Below are positions 11,174-24,100 of a DNA stretch of 64,000 nt, piece by piece. The position numbers and the translations under genes were made by a program. Under the pieces are notes generated by a model. The model was not told the DNA's origin, did not search any database, and saw only the letters and a program-made list of their open reading frames with translations. Each line of letters starts with the position of its first letter. The stretch's first letter is position 1. The stretch spans positions 22,196,001 through 22,260,000 of the forward strand of contig NC_135256.1 of the NCBI RefSeq assembly GCF_964204865.1. Direction: 5' to 3'. The stretch is from Styela clava. Taxonomy: Eukaryota.

Positions 11174-14100
11174 CCAGAATCATTTAAAGAAATATTTTTA
11201 TATGAAAGCTTCCATGAATTGATGAGAGTTGCGACTTTCATGAAAAAGTGTTCGGCATGTTTCAGTAATGTATAATCTTGTATTCGTAGTTGTCGATTGG
11301 TTATTGGGCTAACCTCGTCGGTTGTTATTATATATGCGATTGTTTTATCGTATTTTCTGCGTAGTTCAGGGATGGCTGTGTGCAGGATATAGCTGGATTA
11401 TTCGTTATCACTGAGTAGTTCGCGCAACGATTAACTGATGGCAGTTATCTCATCTGGATAACCGGATAACATCATTATCTCTATTCTATCTGGTGGTCTG
11501 TTAAATTAGCACAGTACGTCAAAGGCACAATGACATAACATGCAGTGTGTATATGCTACCTTGGTAATGCCAAATGATGGAAGTTATATTGCATTTTCGT
11601 CATAACATTAGCTGCCTCAGTTACAAAATTTTCAACTGATACAATATATGAACGCAAGGCACGGACTTCGTTACAGTCCAACCACGATTAAATAATACGT
11701 GTCTCTCAGTGATTATGGAAGATTACGGAAGGGAGCCCAGAGAGAAAATTATAGCTTCATTTAAGCAACTTTCATGTTCATCTAATAATATTACAAAGTG
11801 ATTGGTCTATAGTGCGTATCGATTAGCATTGGAAGCATTATCAAATTGTCAATAAAATTAAAAGATATATAATTTTAAATTCCAATTCTTTTTATAATAT
11901 TGTTGCATACTTAATGTAGGAAATTGCCTGACTGATACAGAATTAGTTTTGCATCTTATAACGCCCATAAAAAGGGACGAATGAAGTAAAAATGCAACTC
12001 CTCAAAAAGTTAATTACCCTGCCACAGAAAAATCTGTAACGGATTTGATCAAAATAAACAGAATTTCTGTGGTTGTTGTTTAATTAATGGTTTCTTATAG
12101 AACTGAAAAAACATTCCTGCGAGCATTCATTCCTAATGCCACCATATTGTTTTCGGGGCGTGTATTGCTCTCATTTTCGTACCAACCGCTTGGAAATCAC
12201 GGTTCATGGCATATTACTGGTTCCATGCGGTTTTGAATTCAATAATTAGGAAACAAAGAAATAAATATTTATTTTATTTTATATATATGATGCATAGCCT
12301 TGTTTGCCCTTACTGTAGTGAAAATAGGTTTAAAAAATAATTTTAATTACAAATCCGGGTGTCACTATGAAAGTGTGTACCGCTGGATTTTTAAAATAGC
12401 AAACGTGGTGCCACTGCATAAGCAGGGGTCTAAATATGATCCAAATTAGTATAGGCTTATTTCTCTACTGTCACAAGACAAGTTGCCAAAATGTATGAGA
12501 ATAATTTATATATATATATAATCCAATCTCTTTTTTTGAAAAAAAAAACAGGTGTTCAAGTCAGTCCCAGTTTGGTGTTAGAAATAATCATTCTACTGAA
12601 CAAGAGAGCGGTGCTCAAATATATGGACACAAAGACTAAAACGATTTGCAGTATCCGGTATCGTCAAAAAACTTCCGATTTTAGCGAAAGAGGTCAAAAA
12701 TAGCTATAAATAATTTATATAAAGATCCAAGAGAACATAATTCAAAGTGAAAAATTAATTTTGCAGATCGCACAGAAACCTCTGGAATAAGCAAAAATAA
12801 TATCTTTTTAGCGAATAGTTGATAAGATAATTGTCATACAGTAGAATACGGAAGAAAGTACCTAGAACAACAACACAATAACAAAACGATCCATAGGTCG
12901 ATTTCGTGTCCAACTAGCAATGCCTAGGCTCATGGAAATTTTTTCGGACTTTGCTAAAGCAATCGACACATTTCAATCTTACTTGATAAATTTTTGACAG
13001 CCACTGATATCTTGAAAAATTTCTCCACAGACTTACTTTGCTGCCGAAGTTATCCAAGGTATACAAGCGCGCATGGTTCATTTGGTGAGAGAATTATTGT
13101 TAACAAGCCAGCAAAAAAGTCAGTTTTCAGTAAATCGTTTCAAGAATAGAGTAAAATGGTGTTGGAAAAGGCACAAGAATTGGTGTGTCATTGCAAATGC
13201 CGGAAAATTGCAATAAAAGAATGTTGGAATTTTTTTTTTCTGGGGAGTTTGGGGGGCATGTATCCTCAGGAACCCCTCTGCTCCCAAATTAATTCAGAAG
13301 GACAATATTAACAACAAGACAAACAAGAACAACAACGTAATAACAAAACATCGTGTCCAATAAGTCGTTCGTTCTTTAGTTCAGGGCTTTTGCAATAAAA
13401 TCTAATTTAGATGATCTGGTGAATGAGCGTTTTTGGTGATGAAGTTTTTCAACATCAATGAACATTAGTTTTCTAGATCATAAACAGTTCAAATGACACT
13501 TTCTATACGCTGAAATGTGCCTGTAAGCACTTTACAATAGCTAATTGTTGAACTTCTGTTTGCATATTATGTTATTCTCTTCATGTGCATAACAGCTAAA
13601 AAGAAATCTTAGTAAAATGCGATTTTTTTGTTATGACTTGACAAGATGCATATTGCCTTATACGTCGATTTCCTTGTTGGGGAAATACTTTTAAAATAAG
13701 TATTGAAAACTTATTAATAGTGAAAAAAGGGAAAGTGTTTTTGAGATCTCAAGATCGAGGAAACATTCATTGCTTGTGCACATTTAATTAATTAAAGAGT
13801 AAATAAACGCAGTAGTTTCAACTACCAATTACTTTTGAATGACATGGGTTCAATTGCTCATGTATTATTATATATCACTAATTAACAATGTTAAACAGGT
13901 TTTCTGTTTCATTGGGTTGGGTTTTAAACCAGCGGGTTTATTAAATATATATTTATTGGCAATTTAGTAACTTGTCCCATAGAATATGTCAAAATACACT
14001 CAATCGATTGCTCGGTAAAACTAATCGAGGGTGGGTAAGTACTGATAATTCCATAGTGCGCCATAATTATAGTTATTTATTTTTCGGCATTACTAACATT

Positions 14101-14822
14101 TTTTGTACATTAATCAACTCATTAATCGCCAGTTTGCTAATGTAAGAGTAAAAGTAAACTTGTTATTTATCCTATATGGAATCGGTAATAGTCTAAATGA
14201 TCAGCTATAAGACTAAATAAGTACGACAAATCTTCCTATTATTACTGATGAACCAATAATTATATATTGAAAATATTCATTTCTATATTGGTTTGCAAAT
14301 TAGCATTTATATATGCATCAAATCAATCTTGTTAGTTTATCGATTATCACTTAACTACATTGTTGAAAAATATATAAACTTAAATTTCGTTTCAAAATAC
14401 CAAATACAGTCAATCTTGAATTGTCTTGATGTTGCTTGAGGTATTCAACAATAAGTGAGATTACTGATCTTTTTTGCAGTTTTTCATCAACGTCTACATA
14501 AGCGAAATGCCGTCCGAACAAAATTTTACGATACTCGCAGCGGCGTGCTATTTATTTATTTTATTGTCGAAAGTGACGAATAAATTAATTTGACAAGGTG
14601 CCATTCATATGGTACGATGTCTCAAGTTTTATTAAACTTAAGTTTACCATTGTGACAATTAAATAAGCATTCAGAATATTTGTCCATACTGGAATAGGTT
14701 GATTTACGATACGATACTCCAAGTCTATTCACTGCTATTAAACAAACTAAAGTTATTGCATTTTACAGTGAATGGGCACGTTTAATCCATTTTGTCAACC
14801 CCTATATATTGTGGATATTAGA

Positions 14823-17800
14823 ATGGAAAACAGCTCGATGTCATTAATTAATTATTCATCAACTGTTGAAACAACAACGTTGGAAAGGTATAGTAGTTAT
14901 ATATTTTACATATACTTATTTCCTTATATAGTACTGACATGAAATTACTCCATTAGCACAAGACAAACGTCCTCTGTGATTTATTGACTTGCAAATCAAT
15001 TTGGATATTGATGATCATGTTTATTTAGATGTGTCGTTTGAAAAATCCTCTAAATTTCAAAATTTATTCGTCCCGTTACTTTATAATTTCAAAGACAGCC
15101 TTTATTTTTCAGAGATGTATGGAAAATGGGTAACTTCTCTTGGTCAGATGCAGTTATTTGTTCTGTATTCGTGGGAATCATGACGGTATTTGGAATAGTG
15201 TCAAATCTGACGACAATCGCAGTGATTGTGAAAACATCGAAGTTGAAATCGTAAGAAAAGAATTATATGCTTTAAAATAGTTTTCGCAACCTATTCAGTT
15301 AGGTGCTGGGTGAGGTGACCGTACATTTGAACCCATGTACATTTGAACCCATGCGTATATCCACGGGTTCAATCTATATGCGGGTGCTAAAACCCATGGG
15401 TTAGGGTTAGTATGGGTTTAACTATCCGTGAAACAAAAAAAATTCCATAGGTGCAATAGCATACAGGTGCAATTGTCATGGGTTCAAATGTACGTGGGTT
15501 CAAATGTAATGGAACCGCTGGGTGAAGTTTGGCGGCTTATGATAGTTTATTAGAAGTAGCCGGTGAATCGCATATTCGATCAAGACGAGGTACTATGTGC
15601 AATATATCTTCATTATCTTGCATTACCATAAACATGTTTACTGAATGGACTCGAATTTGACACTGAACTCGACTACTTCATTTGCCTATCAGCATCAATT
15701 TCAAAGTTCAAACTACCCCTCTTTCTGACTTAAATATTTTTGTATGCTAGCTTTTTTTTTAGCAAAAACCAACACAGAATAATAATGATGATCTGGATAT
15801 CAATTTACTGGAATAGGCATTCTTGTTTAGATTTACAATTTCAATTTTCACCTAAAATCTCGCTTTATATTATATTTTATGTTTACTCCAGATTGCCATT
15901 CAACGCATTAATAGCCAGCTTGTGCGTCTCTGACATCATCGCATCCTGCAACAGTCCTCTCATGCTTTATTGGAAGACATTTGGATATTACAGATACCAG
16001 TTGCCAGAATTCTTTTGCAAGGTCTTAGTTTAAATTTAATAAAATTTCTCTGGTGCGTGGATCTTTGAGTCATACATATATATGTCAAAATTTATCTAAA
16101 TTGTACTTAAAAAAGTACTCCTGAAATGAATAGTTTTTGTGATGTTTTGTATTGATAAGTGTTACAAGCCTCGGTCATCCCACCGATCTGGTCGCATCCC
16201 GTGTAATATTACTCCTATAAGACTCCTATAAGACTCCTATATTTTCTTAGATATCGCGTTTATCTTCGAAGTACCTGTTTTTTACAATCGAGGATCAATC
16301 AATACAATATATCCATATGCGCTAAAATTATCATGGTAATTATGATATGACAATCATTTCAAGTCAATCGGGCATATTGTATAATACTACTTTCGTTAAT
16401 TTTTTGCGATCTGGACCTAAAGTCACACGTATTGTGTTATGAGCGAAGTTGTTTTTAGGTTACTTTACCAATAAACAGTTGGACAAATACTTCTACAATT
16501 CAACATATTCTGGCCTTCATGCTAATTCGACTCGGTGCCATCAGTTATCCCCATCGTTTAAAAGAATTCACCCTTCGAAGAGCAAAGGTTTGTTTCTATA
16601 GTTTTGTTGTGTTATTGTATTTCAGTATATGGGTTAATAAATAATCTGATAAAAAACTTTTTACTTCAGATTCTGATTACTGTAATATGGATTGTAACTT
16701 TTATCGGAAATAGTTGCTTCCCGATGTGGTTCTTAAGAGTACATGGCGCAGACGAGAAGAGTTTCACTGGTACAGCGTGCGCTACTGATAAGGCTAAGTA
16801 AGTTACAATTTCCAATATAAATTTCCAGAGTGATTTTTCAAAACTTCATTTTATTGAAATAAGTTTTCGGGAAGTGTATGAATATTAAATATCAAGATAC
16901 TATGGTTTATCTAATGTGTCCATTATTTTTTGAAGATGGCCAATCGTAAGAAAAGTTTCCTACGTGAGACAGACTTTTTTCTTGTATATTCCAATGATTC
17001 TCATCGTCACATCTACGCTCCTTCTCATTAGACTGTTGATAATTCGTCGAAACAAGAAACAACAAGGTAAAAAAGGCGTAGAAACAGATACCAGGTAGTA
17101 CAACAGAGTCCCAACAATTTTTTTTTTCATATATTTCAGAAAAAAATGACAATTCCGACGTCAACAAAGAAAATGCTGCATTGATTCAACTGTCGTTCAT
17201 CGTAGCTTCGTTCTTAATTGGATATTTACCGGATTTTGGTATATATTTTTTATTCGCCATTCATTGTTTTTAGTCACTGATCTTGCCCGTGTTGTAACTA
17301 TATGATTGCTTTCCAAAGTGAAATTTCTTTTATTGATATTCGACATAGAAACAATTTAACAATATAAATAATGAGCTATCATATGAAAATCAAATATTGC
17401 AACCAAATGAACTATCAAATTGCAATTACTAATTAAATACAAATAAACACATAAATTCGATTTTGACATTAATAAGAATCTATTTTCATCGCCAGCAATA
17501 AGGCACATTGAAGATACATTGCTGATCGAAATAAACTGGGTATCAAAATTAAATTGTCACATGTACGTTTAAGAAAGGATCTACCGGGATGGACTGGTAA
17601 TAGGACGAGAGGCCACCGAGGCTTTTCTCTCCCCCGGGATAAATATGTGAATCCTATCCTATCTTTTTACCTATAGTTGTGGCTACTCTTTGGTGGTATC
17701 AGATACGTTGGTATTCATTTGTGTTTTAACTGTGACTAGCTTGTGTATAGTGACAAAGCAGTATATCATTCATACATTTCCGCCAGCTTGTATGTATCTT

Positions 17801-18184
17801 GCAATGTGTTATGACAGCTGATCTACTTTTGCAGGATTCAGAATTACGTTAATGATCACAAATAGCATGGGTATTGAATTCCGAGGAAGAGGTCCTTGGT
17901 TATTCAGTATGTTATCTCATCTTGTTCAGAGAGTCACAGAATGTCTGAATCCAATATTTTACAATCTAGGATCTAGGTAAGTTTATTTTTTAGTATCACT
18001 CATTTTTTATTCAATAAAGCAAGATGTGATAACTGCTTTCTAATATTCTTTGTTCCCAATTATATTCAGTCATCTGAGAGAAGCTACCAAACAATTTCTC
18101 GGCTTCGGGGAGGAAGTGAACGCTTCATCGATTAAATTGAGTGAAATGCAGAAAAATAACCAACATACCAATGTAAGTGTATAA
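14823..18184 (+). CDS. Class A orphan GPCR, copy 2, 358 aa (375 aa if the in-frame ATG at 14772 is used); exons 14823-14887, 15113-15250, 15892-16021, 16459-16587, 16670-16797, 16936-17066, 17140-17238, 17835-17976, 18070-18184
   Basis: Same exon sizes, phases and TM motifs as copy 1; no frameshift or premature stop seen. Confidence 0.9.
15314..15516. mobile_element. Mutator-like MITE in GPCR copy 2 intron 2
   Basis: Perfect 9-bp TSD gctgggtga (15305-15313, 15517-15525); ~40-bp TIRs built of tacatttgaaccca repeats; empty site in unit 1 near 6630. Confidence 0.9.
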
Positions 18185-21157
18185 TCAGATGGAAACAGAA
18201 ATTTCATGTTGGACAGAGGGAAGACTGAAACTGAATTGCACAAATGTAATTTTTCATTATTATATACTTATCAGAAACATTATATATTGTTATATTTGAT
18301 ATTTGATTTTTAAGTTTTATTTTTATTTGCCTAAATTATGTATTGCTATGATTTGAATTGAGATATTGAAGACTGGTAAAGATTTACAGTTGGTAAGACA
18401 TTGTATATTGTTATATTTGACTTTTGGTTAAAGTTTTATTGCTATTTGATATTTATAATTTATTACAACACTGCATAAATTATGTATCGTTATGATATAA
18501 ATTGAGATATTGAAGATTAGTGAAGATTTACAGTTGGTAACCAGAATTATTTAAAGAAATATTTTTATATGAAAGCTTCCATGAATTGATGAGAGTTGCG
18601 ACTTTCATGAAAAAGTGTTCGGCATGTTTAAGTAATGTATATATAATCTTGTATTCGTAATTGTTGACTAGTTATTGGGCTAACTTTACCGGTTTTTATT
18701 ATATATGCGATTGTTTTATCGTATTTTCTGCGTAGTTCAGGGATGGCTGTGTGCAGGATATAGCTGGATTATTCATTATCACTGAGTAGTTCGCGCAACG
18801 ATTAACTGGTGGCAGTTATCTCATCTGGATAACCGGATAACATCATTATTTCTATTCTTATCTGGTGGTCTGTTAAATTAGCATGATACGTCAAAGGCAC
18901 AATGACATAACATGCAGTGTGTATATGCTACCTTGGTAATGCCAAATGATGGAAGTTATATTGCATTTTCGTCATAACATTACCTGCCTCAGTTACAAAA
19001 TTTTCAACTGATACAAGAGCACAATAAAAAAATATATAAACGCAAGGCACGGACTTCGTTACAATCCAACCGCGATTAAATACATGTCTCTCGGTGATTA
19101 TGGGAGATTACGGAAGAGAGCCCAGAGTGAAAATTATAGCTTCATTTAGGCAACTTTCATGTCCATCTAATGATATTACAAAGTGATTAGTCTATAGTGC
19201 GTATCGATTAGCATTGGAAGCATTATCAATTTGTCAATAATATTGAAAGAGATATAATTTTAAATTCCAATTCCTTTTATAATATTGTTGCATATCTAAT
19301 GTAGGAAATTGCCTGACTGATACAGAATTAGTTTTGCATCTTATAACGCCCATAAAAAGGGACGAATGAAGTAAAAATGCAACTCCTCAAAAAGTTAATT
19401 ACCCTGCCACAGAAAAATCTGTAACGGATTTGATCAAAATAAACAGAATTTCTGTGGTTGTTTAATTAATGGTTTCTTATAGAACTGAAAAAACATTCCT
19501 GCGAGCATTCATTCCTAATGCCACCATATTGTTTTCGGGGCGTGTATTGCTCTCATTTTCGTACCAACCGCTTGAAAATCACGCTTCGTGGCATATTACT
19601 GGTTCCATGCGGTTTTGAATTCAATAATTAGGAAACAAAGAAATAAATATTTATTTTATTTTATATATATGATGCATAGCCTTGTTTGACCTTACTGTAA
19701 TGAAAACATGTTTAAAAAATAATTTTAATTGCAAATCCGTGTATAAATATTATAAGATTAAATTGTTTAAATTAAATTTCCAATAAAAATGAAGTTAGAT
19801 TTACCTAGTTTTCTTAAATATATTATGTTTATAATATTTCTATGTAACGGAAACAAAAACTCGCGTTAGCGCTCCAGTTTCTGGAAATATTCAATGATCA
19901 TACAGCCTGAGGCGACTGACACGGATACTTATCCGATAATCTGCATCCGCAAAGGGGATAATTATCATCAGAGCAGATAATTTTTGGCGACGAAAAAAGT
20001 TATTTCTAGACTTTCTATGTCTTTATTGCTTGAAATTAGACAATATATCGTGACTTATATGAGTTATTGAAATTTAATTACAAATGTTCGTGCAAAAGTA
20101 CATATTCGCTTTCTAATGACACACTTAATTTCTGGAAAGTCAAAATCTTGAGAAAATGAGACGTATTTGTTCAGCTCGGCGCACCAAGTATGTATAGAAA
20201 AATACCTTAAAAACAAGTACTCTATATAGAAATTAATGTGAAGTATAGCTGAGAGTATTCCCGAATTGAATAATATAATTCACGTTGATGTAATTCTAAT
20301 CAAAAATGTTTAGAACTAATTATTTTATATGAAAAATTTCAAAAAGTTCACAAAGTTGAGGCAACCATCATGTTATGAAAATTACTAATTTATTTTTCAT
20401 TTTTAATCAAAAATCTTTCGTACTAGGATACTAAAGCTCATGACGCTTCCTATAGTTGAAGATTATACCAAATGTACGTAAAATCGAATCGGGCAAAAGT
20501 TGTTATTTTCTTCAAAACTGTTTACTGATGATTTTCATTATTCTCAAGCTTCCTAAGGTTTTAACATGATATAGCGCGGGAGAGCGTTAAAATTTGAAAG
20601 TGATTACACTTTTCCTGAAACCAAAAAACCATAATTGGCAACTTTTAGATATGTAATTTAACCAATTTAAAGTGAATTATATAACTGACAATTAATCGGT
20701 CATTTCCATAAAATTAGGTTGTGTTAAAATGATATCAAATGTAAGAACCTTTTTTTGTATCTTTTAGCGAAATTATACTATCTCGTTTCATTAGTTTCAC
20801 AAACAGTTTTACTTTTCTGCGGGGAAAAATAGAAACGTAGCATCAAGGAACTTTACAAATTATTATAAAGAAGAAATGGAATTAGCTTTTGTTGATCTGG
20901 CAGGTTAATTCAATATTATAGCCATAGATTGAAAAAGAGAAGAATATATTTCCTGAATGACACTCGTGTAGATATCTAGTTAAAATACACCAGAACTGTC
21001 GCAGGCCATTAAAATTACATTTTTCAAGTCTCAAAATATTTGTAAAAAAACCTATTTATTAAAACTTTTGAATTGTGTATTGTAGGTTCCTCCATATATC
21101 AGAAAAACTTTAAATTCATTATCTTTAATCGCGAATGCTGTTTGTGATTATTCTATA

Positions 21158-24100
21158 ATGGCTGATCTTGTACTGGAAGTGCAAAAACACGGAAATGTGA
21201 CAGAATCTTTAACAAGTATTGATGCAGATACAGCAATCAATGCTTCAACTGCTGTTCTCAACAATATGACGTCATATTACACGACTACAATATCATCAAC
21301 AGCAACAAGAAAGTACGTATTTATAAGCATCAGAAAATAACTAATTAAACACCGAGCATTTGCTCTTCACAAAAAATGGCTTCACTCATATATATACAGG
21401 GGTTGTAGATAGAAAAGCAGAAAATTTGAAAGTCAGATGAGATCACGAATAAAATGCATATATATAGGTAGAACTGCAACGATATCCCACAAGTTAACCT
21501 TAAAAACGCTGCACGAGCTTGGATTTCTAGATGAAGACACTTTTCTGAAGTGCACGGGCTACATTTTGAGCATCTATGAGTTGAATATAACATATGCCTT
21601 TAAAAACCTAATAAAAGTCTCAGAAGCTGTACTTATTATAATCCAAAACATATCATTGATTTTTAAATAAATATAAAAATCTTGTAAAAACTTTACGATA
21701 TGTTTCGGATCAGGATAGGCACTATTGTTGCTAAAGTTTGTTGAGATTGCATACCGAGGAGAAACGGTATTTTTTATAGTTAGTAGTAGTAGTTTTATAC
21801 ATATTACGACGACATGTTTTAACTGAGCCTTGTGTTCTCATTTCTTCTCAAACATATTTCATGGATAAACAGAATAGAAACTATGTCTACTTTTACCCTC
21901 ATTGATGAATATAGATACTCAGACACAAAATCGTATTTTCGATTAATATGATGAATATTTTTATTGGTAAAATAAATAATGATATCATAGCTTCGGTTGC
22001 ATTAAGCTTGCCATCATTGTTATTGGTAATATTACAATATTCAATGAAATTGAAATAATTTTTTTTCTACAGTGAAGCATGGGAAAGAGGACTCTTCAAT
22101 TTGGCTGAAGCGGTTTCATTTTCTGTTGCTATTGGTGTCATGGTCATATTTGGACTTGTTGCGAATCTGCTCACAATTGCTGCCATTGTCAAATCGAGAA
22201 AACTAAGATCGTAAGAATGTTTTATATCGCCCATGGGCGTGCTTTAAATGTATTAAAATGTTTTCCTATTATTCGTTGCATGCACGTAATATGAAATAAG
22301 ATTAAAAATTTAAATCTAAATTATGGGAAATTACCTTATAAAGTCTTATTTATACTTCGAATTCTAAAGAAAGCTGAGTTGTTGTAAGTTAGATTTTAGA
22401 ATAAAAAAAATACTTTGATGTAAAATTACAAACATTGAAATGATAGCGACTAAAATTTTCATTATTTTATGAACAGGAAACGCGAAAATTTGGAATACCA
22501 GTTAGTATACTCAAACTATTATTTCGATACAGCCCGTTAAACTGAAATCTTAAAATGTTATTCTATTGGTAAACTAATCGATAAAAGATTTGACAGACCT
22601 AATGAACTGACATTCCACTGGTGGAATGCATGACGCAAGATGCTGAAGTATAAACAAAAATATATATAGGCAATGTGAAGCCATATATTAAAGCTTTCTG
22701 ATATTAAGTATCATATACTAGAACTATTTTTATCTATTTTAAGGTCGCCTTTTAATGTGATGATCATTAGCTTGTGCGTCTCTGATCTAATTTCAACAGC
22801 AAACAGTCCTTTTGTTCTGTATTGGAAAACATGGGGTGTATTTGAGTTTAATCTCCCTCTTTGCTTTTGCAAGGTAAATACTATTTTTAAATTGAAGAAC
22901 ATTTTCCGCTAAGTTTCTTTATATCATATAAAATTCACGATAAGTGTTCTATCTTTGTCTAACACATGGCATTATTTTATAGTCTACCTTGTCGATAGAT
23001 ATATGGACAAACGCCGTAACTATTCAACATATTCTGGTATTTATATCTATACGATTACTTGCTGTTAAATATCCTCGACGCATGAAAGACTTCACTCTTC
23101 GTAAATCGAAGGTTAGCATGTTGGTTGATTAATATTAAATATATGTTCTTTGAATTATTGAGATATTTTGGCGGATAATCATATGCCATCGATCTCCACA
23201 ATCACTCAGCTCAGTGGTCAAAGTTTACATGTATGGCCAGAAAACCTTAATATTAGTGATGTCTATGGTGGCCCATCGTTGTCACGTGTAAAAGTTAAAA
23301 AAAAAATGAAAAAATAAAATGAAAAAGCGAAAATTAAAAAATAGTTGTGAAAAAACATAAAAATAATTGAAAAAAAAGAAATAAAAAAAAAATTTTAATT
23401 AAAAAAAAAATTGAAAAAATTTGCTTCTGCTTGGGACCAACGTTGTCAGGCATAATCCTACACGCACAAATGTGTTTCCTGGGTTTCTAACTCACTACTG
23501 ATTTTCATGAGCAATATCCAATAAATTCAACATGAAAAATGTTTTACAAATTCTCCATGCTACAAGTTCAACCACAAGCAATATATTTATAATAAGGATA
23601 AGAGAATATAGAATTGGATACGAAAATTCGTTTTTACGTGTAGAAGGTAATTTAATTGGAAAATGCTGCTTAACTGCTCAGACACTCGTGCGATGCCGGT
23701 ACGGTATCGTCCGACCGTACCGGTACCCATGCAATCACTCGTGAAAGAATGGGAGATGATGAGTGATTGTATGGCTACCGGTACGGTCAGACGCAAAGCG
23801 ACTATAACCGACTACCGGTATTTGGTAAGACGGTACGGTACCGGCATCGCGAGTGTCCAGTCAACTGAGTAGTTAAGCAGCATTCTCCAATTAAATTACC
23901 TTATACACGTAAAAACAAATTTTCCGAATTTTCGTATTCTTGTTGAACTTGTAGCATGGAGAATTTATAGAACATTTTCATATTGAATATTGCTCAAGAA
24001 AATCAGTAGTGAGTTTGAAACCCAGGGAACATTTGTGCGCGTAGGATTATGCCTGACAACGTTGGTCCCAAGCAGAAGCAAATTTTCTGAAAATAAAAAC

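Larger units (their letters stand above)
3652..12360 (+). repeat. Tandem segmental duplication, unit 1 (~8.7 kb)
   Basis: Starts ctatgaaagtgtgtaccgctgg (3652), identical to 12365, and ends ...aattacaaatccg, matching ~19728-19739. Colinear throughout apart from indels and TE insertions. Confidence 0.95.
12365..19740 (+). repeat. Tandem segmental duplication, unit 2 (~7.4 kb)
   Basis: Direct head-to-tail copy of 3652-12360 with only a few bp at the junction. Confidence 0.95.

Noticed and set aside
9193-17167. Minus-strand ORFs 9193-9466 and 16907-17167 and plus-strand ORFs 6314-6656 and 14989-15183
   Set aside because: Antisense or off-frame shadows of GPCR exons.
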